Shown: piece by piece, positions 37,401 through 45,224 of the stretch
Layout: every line of letters begins with the position of its first letter
How positions within the stretch are numbered: the first letter of the stretch is position 1
Origin: Elusimicrobiota bacterium
GTDB lineage: Bacteria; Elusimicrobiota; Elusimicrobia; F11
Reading direction: 5' to 3'
Assembly: GCA_044221725.1 (NCBI GenBank)
Contig: JBGAON010000002.1
Location: 544,001-608,000 of the forward strand
Length of the DNA stretch: 64,000 bases
Notes under the pieces: model-generated
Seen by the model: the letters and a program-made list of their open reading frames with translations, nothing else
What the model was told of the DNA's origin: nothing
Databases searched by the model: none
Translations under genes and position numbers: made by a program

Positions 37401-40024
37401 TGGACCAAGAACCGTTCAAGAGCGCGCACGGCATTATTTTTGACAACTTCCCCCATGGAGTTGCGAGCCAAGAAACGCTGACGAACGGATTGTTGTTTCA
37501 CCGTGGGCACGCCGTGAAAATGGATTTGTATTTGCTGATGCACATTTCCAAGGATATCGCTCGCGAACGGGCACGGTTGCGACGCCGCGCGGACGACACG
37601 ATGGAAATTTTAAACAAGCGGTTGATCAAGTTTTTCTCTTCCTGTTTGCCGGTGATTCAATCCATCCAAAACAATTTTAACCACATCAATTTGAACGCAA
37701 CCGTTTCCGCCGCCGACGTGTATGCCGATTTCAGCAACAAACTTCGGCTTAAACTCAAATGGCCAGAGTTTCCCTATCGGCCGTGGGAGAGAACAAAACG
37801 CGTCCGCGTTCAACCCGACCTCAGCTTTGACGTCGAACGGGTGGACAATATCTTTACGGAAGGGAACAGGTTTTTGCTGGAACGGATGAAACCGGAGTCG
37901 CGAAAGGCGTTCGTGATTGCGCAAGGCGAACACTGGAGAAATATCGCCGAACGCTACTTAAGAAGCGTTTATGCGAACGCAGAAATTCCGCAAATAATGG
38001 TATTGCCCAAAGAAATACCGGCGGATCAGACAGAGGCATGGGTTCGACGTGTATTTGAAGCGGCGGACGAAGCCAACATCAACCGTAAAGATATTTTCGT
38101 TCTTGTCGGCAACGAAAAATTTATGAAACTGACGAGCCGCGCCGCGGCCGAGTTTCATCGCGGGATTGCCACGATCCAAATACCGACCACCAAAGCCGCC
38201 GCCATGCGCAAACCCGAACGTACCGGCGACGGTGACCGATGGTTCCTGTCTTCTCCGGAAGCCGTGCTGATCGACAAAACAATTCTTCAATCGGTCGATG
38301 CAATTACCGTCGGAAGATCGGAGCGACAGCCTGATTCAAGTTACGATGTCACGATGACGCGCGGCATATTCGATAAACACAACGACTTGTTAAATAAACG
38401 TTTGCGCAATGGAAAAGACGGCCGCCGATTCATTGTCGCGATCGATTCGTTCGTTGGAAAAGAAGTGATCGCTCAAGCGCGCCAAAAATTTGAACAGATC
38501 CTCAAAGCCCGCGGCCAACCGGCGTCGGACCTCGTTATTCTGGAGGTGGCCGGTGGCGAGAGCATCAAGAACGAGCGCGCCGCTGATTTCGTGAACGAGG
38601 TTCATCGACAGGCCCGGCAGGCGAATCTCACAAAACGTGACGTGGTTGTTGCCATCGGCGGAGGCGCGGTCATTGACGCTGTGGGCTTTGCCGCCAGCAC
38701 GTTTGACGGCGGCATTCCGCTGTTTCGAATTCCAACGACATTGCTCTCCGCTGTGGATGGTGGCGTCGGTACGAAGAACGCCGTAAATTTTAACGGTAAG
38801 AAAAATTTCCAAGGCGTTTTTGCTCCACCCGAAGTTGTCTATGTGGATCCGTTGCTCTTGAAAAAACTGCCGCGACGAATTTATCTCTCCGGCATCGCTG
38901 AGATGATCAAGGTATCGCTTATTAAAGACGCGCATTACTTCGCGCTGCTCGAAAACCATCTCGACGATCTTGTAAACCGGCGTTTCAACGACACCTCCCA
39001 TGCCGAGGAGTTGATGTGGCGTTCCATCGTGCTTCACCTCGAACAAATCGAAACCGATCCGTACGAAACCAAACTGGCGCGCCCGCTTGACCTTGGTCAT
39101 GAGCACGGCCACCGACTTGAGTTTCTCACGAATTTCGCTTTGCTTCATGGCGAAGGCGTCACGATTGGCGTTGCGATCGATGCGGTCATTTCGTGGTTGC
39201 GAAATCTTTTGAGCAACGAAGAGCTGTTGCGAATCCTCAAAATGATTGAACGCGCCGAGCTGCCCATTTTCCATGAATTAGCGACCGTCGAGAACTTGGT
39301 GCCGGGTCTGAACGACTTCGCGAAACATCTGGGCGGCGAGCCGACGTTCTCGCTGATCGGCGGCATCGGAAACAAAAAAGATGTTCATGCGATCTGGCCA
39401 AAAGAGTTGGACCATGCGTTGGATTATCTTCGCGCGCGCATCGCGCGGCCTCTCGGCGCGGAGCGCTCAAACACGCCACCGACAACTCCACCTCAAACGG
39501 TGATCGAAGCGCTGCTGTACGATCGACCGTTGAACCTTGGGGTGGGGGAGAAGTATGTTTCGGTGTCGGACACTCTCTCGGCCCAATCGGCCAAAACGAA
39601 TTCGGCCACCATCATTGTTGTGGATGAAACGACGACGCCTTTCCTGACGAGGAGTGTGATGAAGGCGTTGACGCAAGATTCCGAGACAAACAATCACAAA
39701 TTGATTCTCATCGTTAAACCGGGAACGCGCTTACCAAAAGCCGTGCCATTGAATGCGCCCAATCTCGCTGTACGTCACGTGGATGTGTTCTCTAACAGCG
39801 GCGGGCGACCGGTGATCGAGTGGAAAATGATTAGCAAACTGCTTGGCGACGATCTCAAGTCGAAGGCCTCTGTGGATCTCTATCTTCCAAATCTTCCGAT
39901 CAACTGCGAACACCGGCCGGAAACAGACTGGGACCATCTCAATCTGTTTTTTGTTGGCAAGGAAGACATGGCTCCGATGCTTTCGTTCCACGAATTCATG
40001 CGGCGACTCGCAAGCTCTGCGTAA
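31445..40024 (+). CDS. Giant exported multidomain protein (2859 aa): conserved N-domain, HD, CPBP-like TM x2, helical/TPR-like, adenylate-kinase-like, DHQS/sugar-phosphate cyclase
   Basis: Signal peptide; HIQDVH..EAQ.NI/VALEGA/LVTGGFH; H..LHD..DADR; EESLR/HAFLH/HVVNN; GRPTAGKGT/RADD; IGGGAVID/PTTLL..VD/RPLDLGH/LLHGE. Confidence 0.85.
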   Translation: MNHRRFVRAAAAALSLIYLATNCAFAYKSEVTLWDERRQFAQLPAPTGPTDFSPPFPSLPKIHASVPRRFENSVSGPIAVGLVPLFQSLSASYGSIRDVKVPAHSRTPRTIIHIQDVHGNTEAQQNIGQAIQQLINDNRINTVALEGAFGVIDLTTIRKYSNKSSRVVADYLLREKRISGPIYTAFTSEQPIPTFVGVDDAEHYVLNVNAYRESSRQRPKIKKQLEPLKNNVRNRTAEVFNAALLKFDSSVQAFREERLPLGAYAQLLAQQTPKPSPTLKLFVQALELENTINFSAVEAERSHLLSELLPKLSQTAREKLVAASVAYRTENLSHADFYGHLKNLCQANGIRLTRYPAMNSYLRYVIATDRINTEDLFRELKQTEKMIYSSLAKTTEEKDLVAWSARVSLTEKLLDFSLTREEWNDYKSEVHSLYPVAREDLLRFEQFYSEAEKRDERMTANLCRAMNEVQGKDRNENAAAILVTGGFHSSGIDQRLVAAGYTVISFVPTVTKSDSKNGSAYLSVFTQQKTPLDQLFAGEKLFLAEAPMTTNGLLLEKLFELQQQSNFREGRFVVPYDSKRELIGQFGPAGKSITSVTLSHAPWLARLSPQNLNRWITKRLRFVSWRANIQWKKRVFRRRVNEIVKKFPQFDLAFVPHLLPPLLDQILKRFPRKGPTFLDDLSGGTHGFGHFLDVVEISLRMLARSPNGEKAELKPVVLGAFLHDVGHLLDEARQEEVGVGLADKLMRNFSVTDISLEDREHVKGIIRSHRKTSGPPPVTSAEKLVADADRLSANPDRMMRVNRDFDRRFLTKTDFHKLVRLLLQNKNNWYRDSNTVMHLLKSLVINTNPAKYQTTVGKMMARDLFYVYLGQIRKIFESSFPDPKTLETSWFSVIRFLRVWGKEGGWLPAEIKNTLLNQPNRRSASALTKVASRANEASSNKSTLQSWSGTAGGWGLYGWLMPSIEESLRWYAIASGEIWGGAIYVGIHAFLHFYVDVYAARGEPLNFRSAVGYLSSRNFWVRVLFSAAFSIPYLLLFSADHAFVFAVCAHVVNNAFVHPFIRSVGISWPLMSVIDPAEFDGYEPPTIILEIYADMLTKYYEAEHIGPATSNRATTILRRVRFASELAQTAKFEYAAVEELHRLFYLARYAEDASGKTIDAPERRKIKAAILKALASLPDHLHDAIRLIDRTATSFSEEATFTAAALVGAKMSNIPESERILTELFDRAKRKKLHVDVPLDLLQEMIKISQLGDIIEQRSLQLSPSARPDAMASLTRERVHQQRWESAVESMNQAMGSTSDMFFTSILELAKHLEYLPLVLKFVERVPDTDDHLREQKIKSLVLLGHLYKKRDDERTAQRLWRNAFILSQRNAQTSTNAFRPEVLWISLFFPIMRHHAIRFGGLERSTVLKTGSNILLTIDPAFPGWAELAGAIFHERVRAGEFKSAIAFLNALEKQLIDRLPIVVDRGLSKRDESRLIEIQGAIDERSDTLYRKTLFGAGRTAVASHHDDWARILLELAREHIPDDAGVEAEEIALAYARRGNFREAKEYALLSATLFRDSVEYRDFEDLGHRRPVSSRALLAISNMELRRVQVEDPEAIVRIKDNIFTAASIGLDAQDLRNLLKMIDENPIFSEDELVLLAQTINENIQGQQLRHYVSDESSLTEFLEFLRSAFPFIGLHQFVEEKLTPVATIFFGDAASNSTTIAARIKKWFLGTAVLLARWFTRGGRPNSISFYRDLLNGMVPAQAAPRAMKSMRIEAAVLAGIPGIAFAALPPVYAQTTALLFTILLVIFANLHAKALRKLLARRNQTRGPTASVAIPNEFILFVHFAFGFSPYFLAYFTYVVTASPLSTLLFLAAVVWHYAFDIREIYGSPSEMKALFAKDVRYMSVLGRPTAGKGTLIAKFRNEINTNLPPGIYYEAIGWGEVRRALKERILAEREGREADSAIVGRWGNVAIPQTIKQFIAADLPFPQEELVRMLNSILDQEPFKSAHGIIFDNFPHGVASQETLTNGLLFHRGHAVKMDLYLLMHISKDIARERARLRRRADDTMEILNKRLIKFFSSCLPVIQSIQNNFNHINLNATVSAADVYADFSNKLRLKLKWPEFPYRPWERTKRVRVQPDLSFDVERVDNIFTEGNRFLLERMKPESRKAFVIAQGEHWRNIAERYLRSVYANAEIPQIMVLPKEIPADQTEAWVRRVFEAADEANINRKDIFVLVGNEKFMKLTSRAAAEFHRGIATIQIPTTKAAAMRKPERTGDGDRWFLSSPEAVLIDKTILQSVDAITVGRSERQPDSSYDVTMTRGIFDKHNDLLNKRLRNGKDGRRFIVAIDSFVGKEVIAQARQKFEQILKARGQPASDLVILEVAGGESIKNERAADFVNEVHRQARQANLTKRDVVVAIGGGAVIDAVGFAASTFDGGIPLFRIPTTLLSAVDGGVGTKNAVNFNGKKNFQGVFAPPEVVYVDPLLLKKLPRRIYLSGIAEMIKVSLIKDAHYFALLENHLDDLVNRRFNDTSHAEELMWRSIVLHLEQIETDPYETKLARPLDLGHEHGHRLEFLTNFALLHGEGVTIGVAIDAVISWLRNLLSNEELLRILKMIERAELPIFHELATVENLVPGLNDFAKHLGGEPTFSLIGGIGNKKDVHAIWPKELDHALDYLRARIARPLGAERSNTPPTTPPQTVIEALLYDRPLNLGVGEKYVSVSDTLSAQSAKTNSATIIVVDETTTPFLTRSVMKALTQDSETNNHKLILIVKPGTRLPKAVPLNAPNLAVRHVDVFSNSGGRPVIEWKMISKLLGDDLKSKASVDLYLPNLPINCEHRPETDWDHLNLFFVGKEDMAPMLSFHEFMRRLASSA

Positions 40025-40061
40025 TCTTTTTTGCAATTTTGATATAAATACCGCAGCGAAT

Positions 40062-40132
40062 GCGGGTGTCGTTCAGTGGTAGGACGAAAGCTTCCCAAGC
40101 TTTAGATGTGGGTTCGATTCCCATCACCCGCT
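40062..40132 (+). tRNA. tRNA-Gly(CCC)
   Basis: Acceptor GCGGGTG/CACCCGC; anticodon arm AAAGC-TTCCCAA-GCTTT; T loop TTCGATT; no encoded CCA. Confidence 0.95.
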
Positions 40133-40145
40133 CGCCTGGAACGAA

Positions 40146-40838
40146 ATGACAATTGCAAACATAAATATCGACACGATCCTTTCGCAACCGCTGCTCATGG
40201 TGGCGGCGGCCTTCATCGTTCTTGGACCCATTCTTTTTCTCGTGGCGTTGATTCAATTTTTCCGGTCGGGCCGAAAGAAAACCGAATATCCGGCGTTCGA
40301 AGAAGACGAACCTCTGGAATTGTCGTCGCCTTCGTCGCAAGAAACCGCTCCGGTCAGCAGCGAAAGTCCCGAAGAACCCGAATCGACGGAGCCCTCCGAA
40401 TCCATTTATATTAAGGGAGCATCAACCCAAGAAACACCGGAACCCGTTGAGAAATTACGAAACGTTCAAAATATCGATACGGATAAAACGGTGGTCATGG
40501 CATCGGGCGTGGGCGAAGTGCAGGGCCAACTTGAAATCGCGTTCAGCCAAATCAAATCGATGAACAAGAAAATTTCGCAGCTGGAATCGGATCTCGAGAC
40601 ACTGTCGCGCAACGCCGCCACAAAACTCGAACCGAACGAATTAAAAGAAGCGCCGATGAATCCGGCCGACTTCACCGCAAAACTTTTAAAACTCGCCGAA
40701 CATGTGATCGTGCTTGAAAAAGAAGTTTCTCGACTGAAAAGCACGGCAAAACCCAACGGAAATTCTCAGCCCGCTGGCGGTGCTGCAGCGCCAGCGGAAT
40801 CTCAGCCGTCGGGCAAACCACCCATATTGCCGATATGA
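40146..40838 (+). CDS. Single-pass membrane protein with acidic linker and coiled coil
   Basis: N-terminal TM helix, Glu/Ser/Pro-rich linker, heptads. Confidence 0.7.
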   Translation: MTIANINIDTILSQPLLMVAAAFIVLGPILFLVALIQFFRSGRKKTEYPAFEEDEPLELSSPSSQETAPVSSESPEEPESTEPSESIYIKGASTQETPEPVEKLRNVQNIDTDKTVVMASGVGEVQGQLEIAFSQIKSMNKKISQLESDLETLSRNAATKLEPNELKEAPMNPADFTAKLLKLAEHVIVLEKEVSRLKSTAKPNGNSQPAGGAAAPAESQPSGKPPILPI

Positions 40839-41338
40839 CACGCGCCGCTTGGGGGGGAGTGATGGTTTTGTCGTTGGCGATGACCGGTGGAGCCGCGTAT
40901 CTGCTCGTCACACAAGCAGGACCGGCGAACACCGCCATGACGCTGCCGATGAAGGAATCGCAGCCGCCACTTCCGGAGGTGCCGGCCGCTCCGCCCGCAG
41001 CCAACCCAACAATTGAAAAGAAGGATTCCCCTGCGCCTGCCGCGACGCCCGAACCTGCTAAAGCGGTCGAATCGGAGAAGAAACCCACTCGCAATATTTT
41101 GTTTCGCTTGCCAAAACCCAAAGCGAAATCGGTAGGAATCATTGGCGATTTCAATGACTGGAAACGCCAAGCATTGAAAAAACATCCGAAGGGATGGGAA
41201 GTGACGCTTCCACTCGAGCCCGGCACCTACAAATATTTGTACGTGGTTGACGACAAGCGCATCAAAGATCCGAACAACAAAAATACCGAGGACGGAAAGT
41301 CCGTCATAACGGTAAAACCTCTCGCACCCACGAAGTAA
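40835..41338 (+). CDS. Membrane-anchored CBM48/AMPK-beta-type glycogen-binding domain protein
   Basis: AKSVGIIGDFNDW, LEPGTYKYLYVVD, DPNN; TM helix + Pro-rich linker. Confidence 0.85.
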   Translation: MTRAAWGGVMVLSLAMTGGAAYLLVTQAGPANTAMTLPMKESQPPLPEVPAAPPAANPTIEKKDSPAPAATPEPAKAVESEKKPTRNILFRLPKPKAKSVGIIGDFNDWKRQALKKHPKGWEVTLPLEPGTYKYLYVVDDKRIKDPNNKNTEDGKSVITVKPLAPTK

Positions 41339-41390
41339 CGTTACGAATCACCGGTTTTCTCCCATCTCTCACGTCATTCGCCGGTCCTTT

Positions 41391-43205
41391 TTGGCGAGCA
41401 CGTTTTTTGTCGCTGCAAACCTTTCGCTGGCGGGCACGCTCCCGACAAGCGTCACGGTTATTACACAAGCGGATCTCGTGTCGCGCAATATTTACTCGGT
41501 GGGCGACGCGTTACGCGATGTGCCGTCGCTCAAATTGGAACAAGACGGTTCCCGCGGCACACGGATCCGCCCAAAGATGCGCGGCCTGTCCTCCAGCAAC
41601 AACGTGCTCGTGCTGATCGACGGTCGCCCGCTTACGCACGAATACAACGCGGATGTCGATCTCACGCAAATTCCCGTCGGGATGGTGGACCGCATTGAAA
41701 TCACGCGCGGCGGCGCCCCCATTGCCTACAGCGCGCAAGCGATTGGCGGCACAATAAATATTGTGACGCTAAAGCCGGACCGCAAAGGACTCGTCACCGA
41801 TTTGGGTGCCGGCGTGGGCCGCAACGGCGAGAAAAATTTCATCGGAAAATTCCGTGGTCGTTCGAATTTGGGAGACCTCACGTACACGCCGTCCAACGAA
41901 GCGTCCGGCGGGTTCGCGGACAACGAAGATTTCGACACAAAGAATCACTTCGGTAATTACACGCGCTCGCTTAATGGCAAAGGTTACTGGGGTGCCGAAT
42001 ATATGTACCACGAATCGCGCGTTGGCGTTTCGAACGGCACGTTAATTCCGTTCAGCGATTGGAACGGACACCTGGAACAAAAATCCGCCACGCCGCAAGC
42101 GCAGCGCACGCAGAACATGCAAGACGTGCGCGCATTTCTCGCGCGGCCGCTCATCGCCGGGGGCACGACATACGCAACCTACACCCAAAGCTGGCGCACG
42201 AGCGACGATCGCGAATCGCGCGGCGGCACGTCGCTTCGGCACGAGGAGCACAGGACTTCGATTTTCGATTTGTCTTGGAAAAAGAAAGAAACCGAGATGG
42301 GACTGCAATTCCAGGAACTGAAGCGCAACGTTTACCCCGAAGACGACCATTACGCGTACACGAGCAGTCTTTTCGCAGCACGCGAATGGAACTTAGGATC
42401 CTTATTATTTAAGCCGGGGCTACGTTTTGATCACCATTCGCGCTCCGGCAGCTATTTTGCGCCACGCGCGGCCGTTGTCTACGAGGCGACACCCTCGTTA
42501 TCATTTTCGGCCACGGCGCAAGGCGCGCACCGCAATCCAAATTTTGATGAACTCTTCTCCTCAAGCACCGTAAAAAACAATCCGAACTTGAAAGACGAAA
42601 AGAGCGTGAACACCGACGTTGGTATCGACTGGTCGCCCAGCGATTACGTGGGAATCAAGTCGACGCTTTTCAATATTCATAAGAAAGATGTCATCGCGGC
42701 CGACGCGAATAACATTTATCAGAACGATGGTACCGAGAAGTCGCACGGCGTCGAAACGGAAGTGTCGCTTCGGCTCGGCAAAAACGACGCAAGGTTCTGG
42801 CTGTTCTCTGGAAATTGGACGGTTCAAAAGAGTCAACGCTCTCTCGCAACCACGAACGGTTATGTCGACGCCGCAATGTCGCCGCGGCAACTCGCGTTCT
42901 TAAAGATCGACAAACATTTGCGTCACAACATGGTTTTCACAAACGAAGTGCGTTACCAATCGGAGCAATTTGAAAGCGACAACAAGCAAGGCGAGCGAAT
43001 CCCAAGTTTTTACGTCTGGAATATGCGGTTTGCTGTTCGAATTTTGGCGGCCGATATGTACGTCGCAATGGACAACGTGACAAACCGCCGTTACGCCGAA
43101 GCGTTTGGACAAGCGCCGGTGGCGGGCGGGGGAACCACGACCGTTCTGTCTCCGCAACCGAACCGATCTTTTTGGACCGGCTTCTCGGTCCGTTTTCTAA
43201 ATTGA
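41391..43205 (+). CDS. TonB-dependent receptor
   Basis: Plug SVTVIT..DAL..VP, VLVLIDG, RIEITRGG, GGTINI; beta-barrel with C-terminal SVRF; start uncertain. Confidence 0.9.
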   Translation: MASTFFVAANLSLAGTLPTSVTVITQADLVSRNIYSVGDALRDVPSLKLEQDGSRGTRIRPKMRGLSSSNNVLVLIDGRPLTHEYNADVDLTQIPVGMVDRIEITRGGAPIAYSAQAIGGTINIVTLKPDRKGLVTDLGAGVGRNGEKNFIGKFRGRSNLGDLTYTPSNEASGGFADNEDFDTKNHFGNYTRSLNGKGYWGAEYMYHESRVGVSNGTLIPFSDWNGHLEQKSATPQAQRTQNMQDVRAFLARPLIAGGTTYATYTQSWRTSDDRESRGGTSLRHEEHRTSIFDLSWKKKETEMGLQFQELKRNVYPEDDHYAYTSSLFAAREWNLGSLLFKPGLRFDHHSRSGSYFAPRAAVVYEATPSLSFSATAQGAHRNPNFDELFSSSTVKNNPNLKDEKSVNTDVGIDWSPSDYVGIKSTLFNIHKKDVIAADANNIYQNDGTEKSHGVETEVSLRLGKNDARFWLFSGNWTVQKSQRSLATTNGYVDAAMSPRQLAFLKIDKHLRHNMVFTNEVRYQSEQFESDNKQGERIPSFYVWNMRFAVRILAADMYVAMDNVTNRRYAEAFGQAPVAGGGTTTVLSPQPNRSFWTGFSVRFLN

Positions 43206-43257
43206 CAATGCCGGGGAAACTTCATACGTATGTCGCTCCCATTTAAAAAAATCATAC

Positions 43258-44751
43258 ATGGCTAAAAAACAAAACTCGAAGACCCACCAAAACGGAACCA
43301 ACCAAGACAAAACGCCGCTGTTGGATACGCTGCTCTCGCACGCGCGCCGCAAAGTGATCTCGTTCCATACGCCCGGCCACAAAAACGGGAAAGGCGTCGA
43401 TAAAAAACTCGCGTCGTATGTGGGCCGAAACCTGTTCGCGCTCGACGTCACGGTTTTCCCCGAAGTTGATTCGCTGCACGACCCGACGGGCCCTATCCGG
43501 AAAGCGCAAACGCTCATGTCGCAGGCGTACGGCGTTGAACACTCTTTCTTTCTTGTGAACGGTTCGTCCGTTGGCAATATGGCCATGATCATGGCCGCCT
43601 GCCGGCCCGGCGAATCCATTATTATTTCTCGAAACGCGCACAAATCAACGCTGGGCGGTATTGTGCTGTCCGGTGTGTGGCCATTGTGGGTGCAGCCCAC
43701 CGTCGATCAGAATCTGGATATCCTTTTTGATTCAACGCCCGAGCAGATCGAAAAGACGCTGAAACAATTTCCGGAAGCAAAAGCCGTTTTTGTCACGAGC
43801 CCGACCTACAACGGCGTCACGACCAACCTCAAGAAAATTGCCGAAATCTGCCACGCGCGAGGAAAAGTGTTGCTTGTGGACGAAGCGCACGGCGCGCATT
43901 TGCACTTCAATCGCAATTTGCCCATGGATGCGATCCAGGCCGGTGCGGATTTGGTGGTTCAATCCACGCACAAAACACTTTCGGCGATTTCGCAGGGTTC
44001 GGTGCTTCACTTCAACTCAAAACTCTTGGACGTGAACCGGGTGAAGCGCATTGTGTCGATGCTTCAAACGACAAGCCCGAACTACCTCACTCTTTCCTCG
44101 CTCGACTTGGCGCGCTGGCAAATGGTTTCGCAGGGTGAGAAAATTCTCGACAAGTTAATTCAGAACACCGAACGGGCCCGGAGCGCGATCAATCATTTGA
44201 AAAATTTCTCGTGCATCACGCGCGCCGAAATTCAGGGCCGTGGATTTGATTTGGATTTGACGAAGCTCACCATCAACGTAACGCGCACCGGCTACGCGGG
44301 TCAGCACATTTCCGAAATCCTTGCGCACGAATTCAACATCCAGGTGGACGCTGCCGATCTCTTTAATCTTATTGCGATCACCGGCACAGGCACGGATCGA
44401 CACGACTTGGACGCCCTTGTGCGCGCGCTCGAGCAGATCGATCAAATGAAGCGCGGGGAAGCCCAGAATTGGGTGTTGAACATCCCATCGTTGTCGACCG
44501 AGCTCGTAATGAATCCCCGCGATGTGTTTTTATTGTACCGATCGAAACGTGTTCCGCTGCGTAAAGCGATAGGGCATATATCAGCTCAACCGCTCACACC
44601 GTACCCGCCGGGCATACCTGTCTTGATTCCTGGGGAACGTGTAACGCTTGAGATCGTTGAGTACCTCGAAGACTTGACCGAGCGCGCTGTCCGCGTGTCC
44701 GGCCAAGAGGCCGAAGCGCTCAAGACGGTCCGCGTTGTTGCCTCGCATTAA
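43258..44751 (+). CDS. PLP-dependent Orn/Lys/Arg decarboxylase
   Basis: FHTPGHK, VNGSS, RNAHKS, DEAHGAH, QSTHK, PYPPGIP. Confidence 0.92.
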   Translation: MAKKQNSKTHQNGTNQDKTPLLDTLLSHARRKVISFHTPGHKNGKGVDKKLASYVGRNLFALDVTVFPEVDSLHDPTGPIRKAQTLMSQAYGVEHSFFLVNGSSVGNMAMIMAACRPGESIIISRNAHKSTLGGIVLSGVWPLWVQPTVDQNLDILFDSTPEQIEKTLKQFPEAKAVFVTSPTYNGVTTNLKKIAEICHARGKVLLVDEAHGAHLHFNRNLPMDAIQAGADLVVQSTHKTLSAISQGSVLHFNSKLLDVNRVKRIVSMLQTTSPNYLTLSSLDLARWQMVSQGEKILDKLIQNTERARSAINHLKNFSCITRAEIQGRGFDLDLTKLTINVTRTGYAGQHISEILAHEFNIQVDAADLFNLIAITGTGTDRHDLDALVRALEQIDQMKRGEAQNWVLNIPSLSTELVMNPRDVFLLYRSKRVPLRKAIGHISAQPLTPYPPGIPVLIPGERVTLEIVEYLEDLTERAVRVSGQEAEALKTVRVVASH

Positions 44752-44820
44752 GGATTTTTTGGTATTCTCCGCGCCCGAGTTAAGCGCTCGACGAAAAAAT
44801 AAACGCTAGGAAAAGGAACT

Positions 44821-45204
44821 ATGAAGAAGAAAGAAACAAAAGTCGCCACGAAAAAAGTGGTTGAACCCATTGAAGATGTGGAATTTTATAAGGAGAAACT
44901 CGAGCAAATGCGCGAGAATCTCCTAAAAACCGTCAAAAAGAAAAAAGAAGAGGCCATTCCCGAAGCGGAAGTTGGCGATGAAGGCGACGTGGCCATGCGG
45001 TCCTTGGCGCGCGATCTTGTTTTTGAACAAACCGACAACGAACACCGTCTGTTGGACGACGTGGAAGCCGCCCTCCGACGCATTGAAAAAGGCGTTTATG
45101 GCATTTGCGAAGGAAACGGCGAGAAAATTGCGATCGCCCGTCTGAAGGCTATTCCGTACGCTCGCTACTGCATCAACTGCCAAGCTCGCTTTGAACGCCA
45201 ATAA
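44821..45204 (+). CDS. dksA: DksA/TraR family RNA polymerase-binding protein
   Basis: GDEGDVA coiled-coil tip, ALRRI..GVYGIC, RLKAIPYARYCINC. Confidence 0.88.
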   Translation: MKKKETKVATKKVVEPIEDVEFYKEKLEQMRENLLKTVKKKKEEAIPEAEVGDEGDVAMRSLARDLVFEQTDNEHRLLDDVEAALRRIEKGVYGICEGNGEKIAIARLKAIPYARYCINCQARFERQ

Positions 45205-45224
45205 GCGGCGGTCGTAGCGCATTT

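Noticed and set aside
38390..39274. Long antisense ORFs (e.g. 294 aa opposite the cyclase domain; also 9467-10174, 10768-11511)
   Set aside because: Shadow frames of well-supported genes with no recognisable motifs.
28840..40132. Integrative island or prophage at tRNA-Gly
   Set aside because: No integrase or phage genes, no duplicated tRNA end seen, and the region lies 5' of the tRNA.
4503..40132. tRNAs lacking CCA as an anomaly
   Set aside because: Common in bacteria, and a CCA-adding-type enzyme is encoded at 26150-27574.
41339..41390. Cobalamin riboswitch before the TonB receptor
   Set aside because: The gap is only about 50 nt and has no B12-box.
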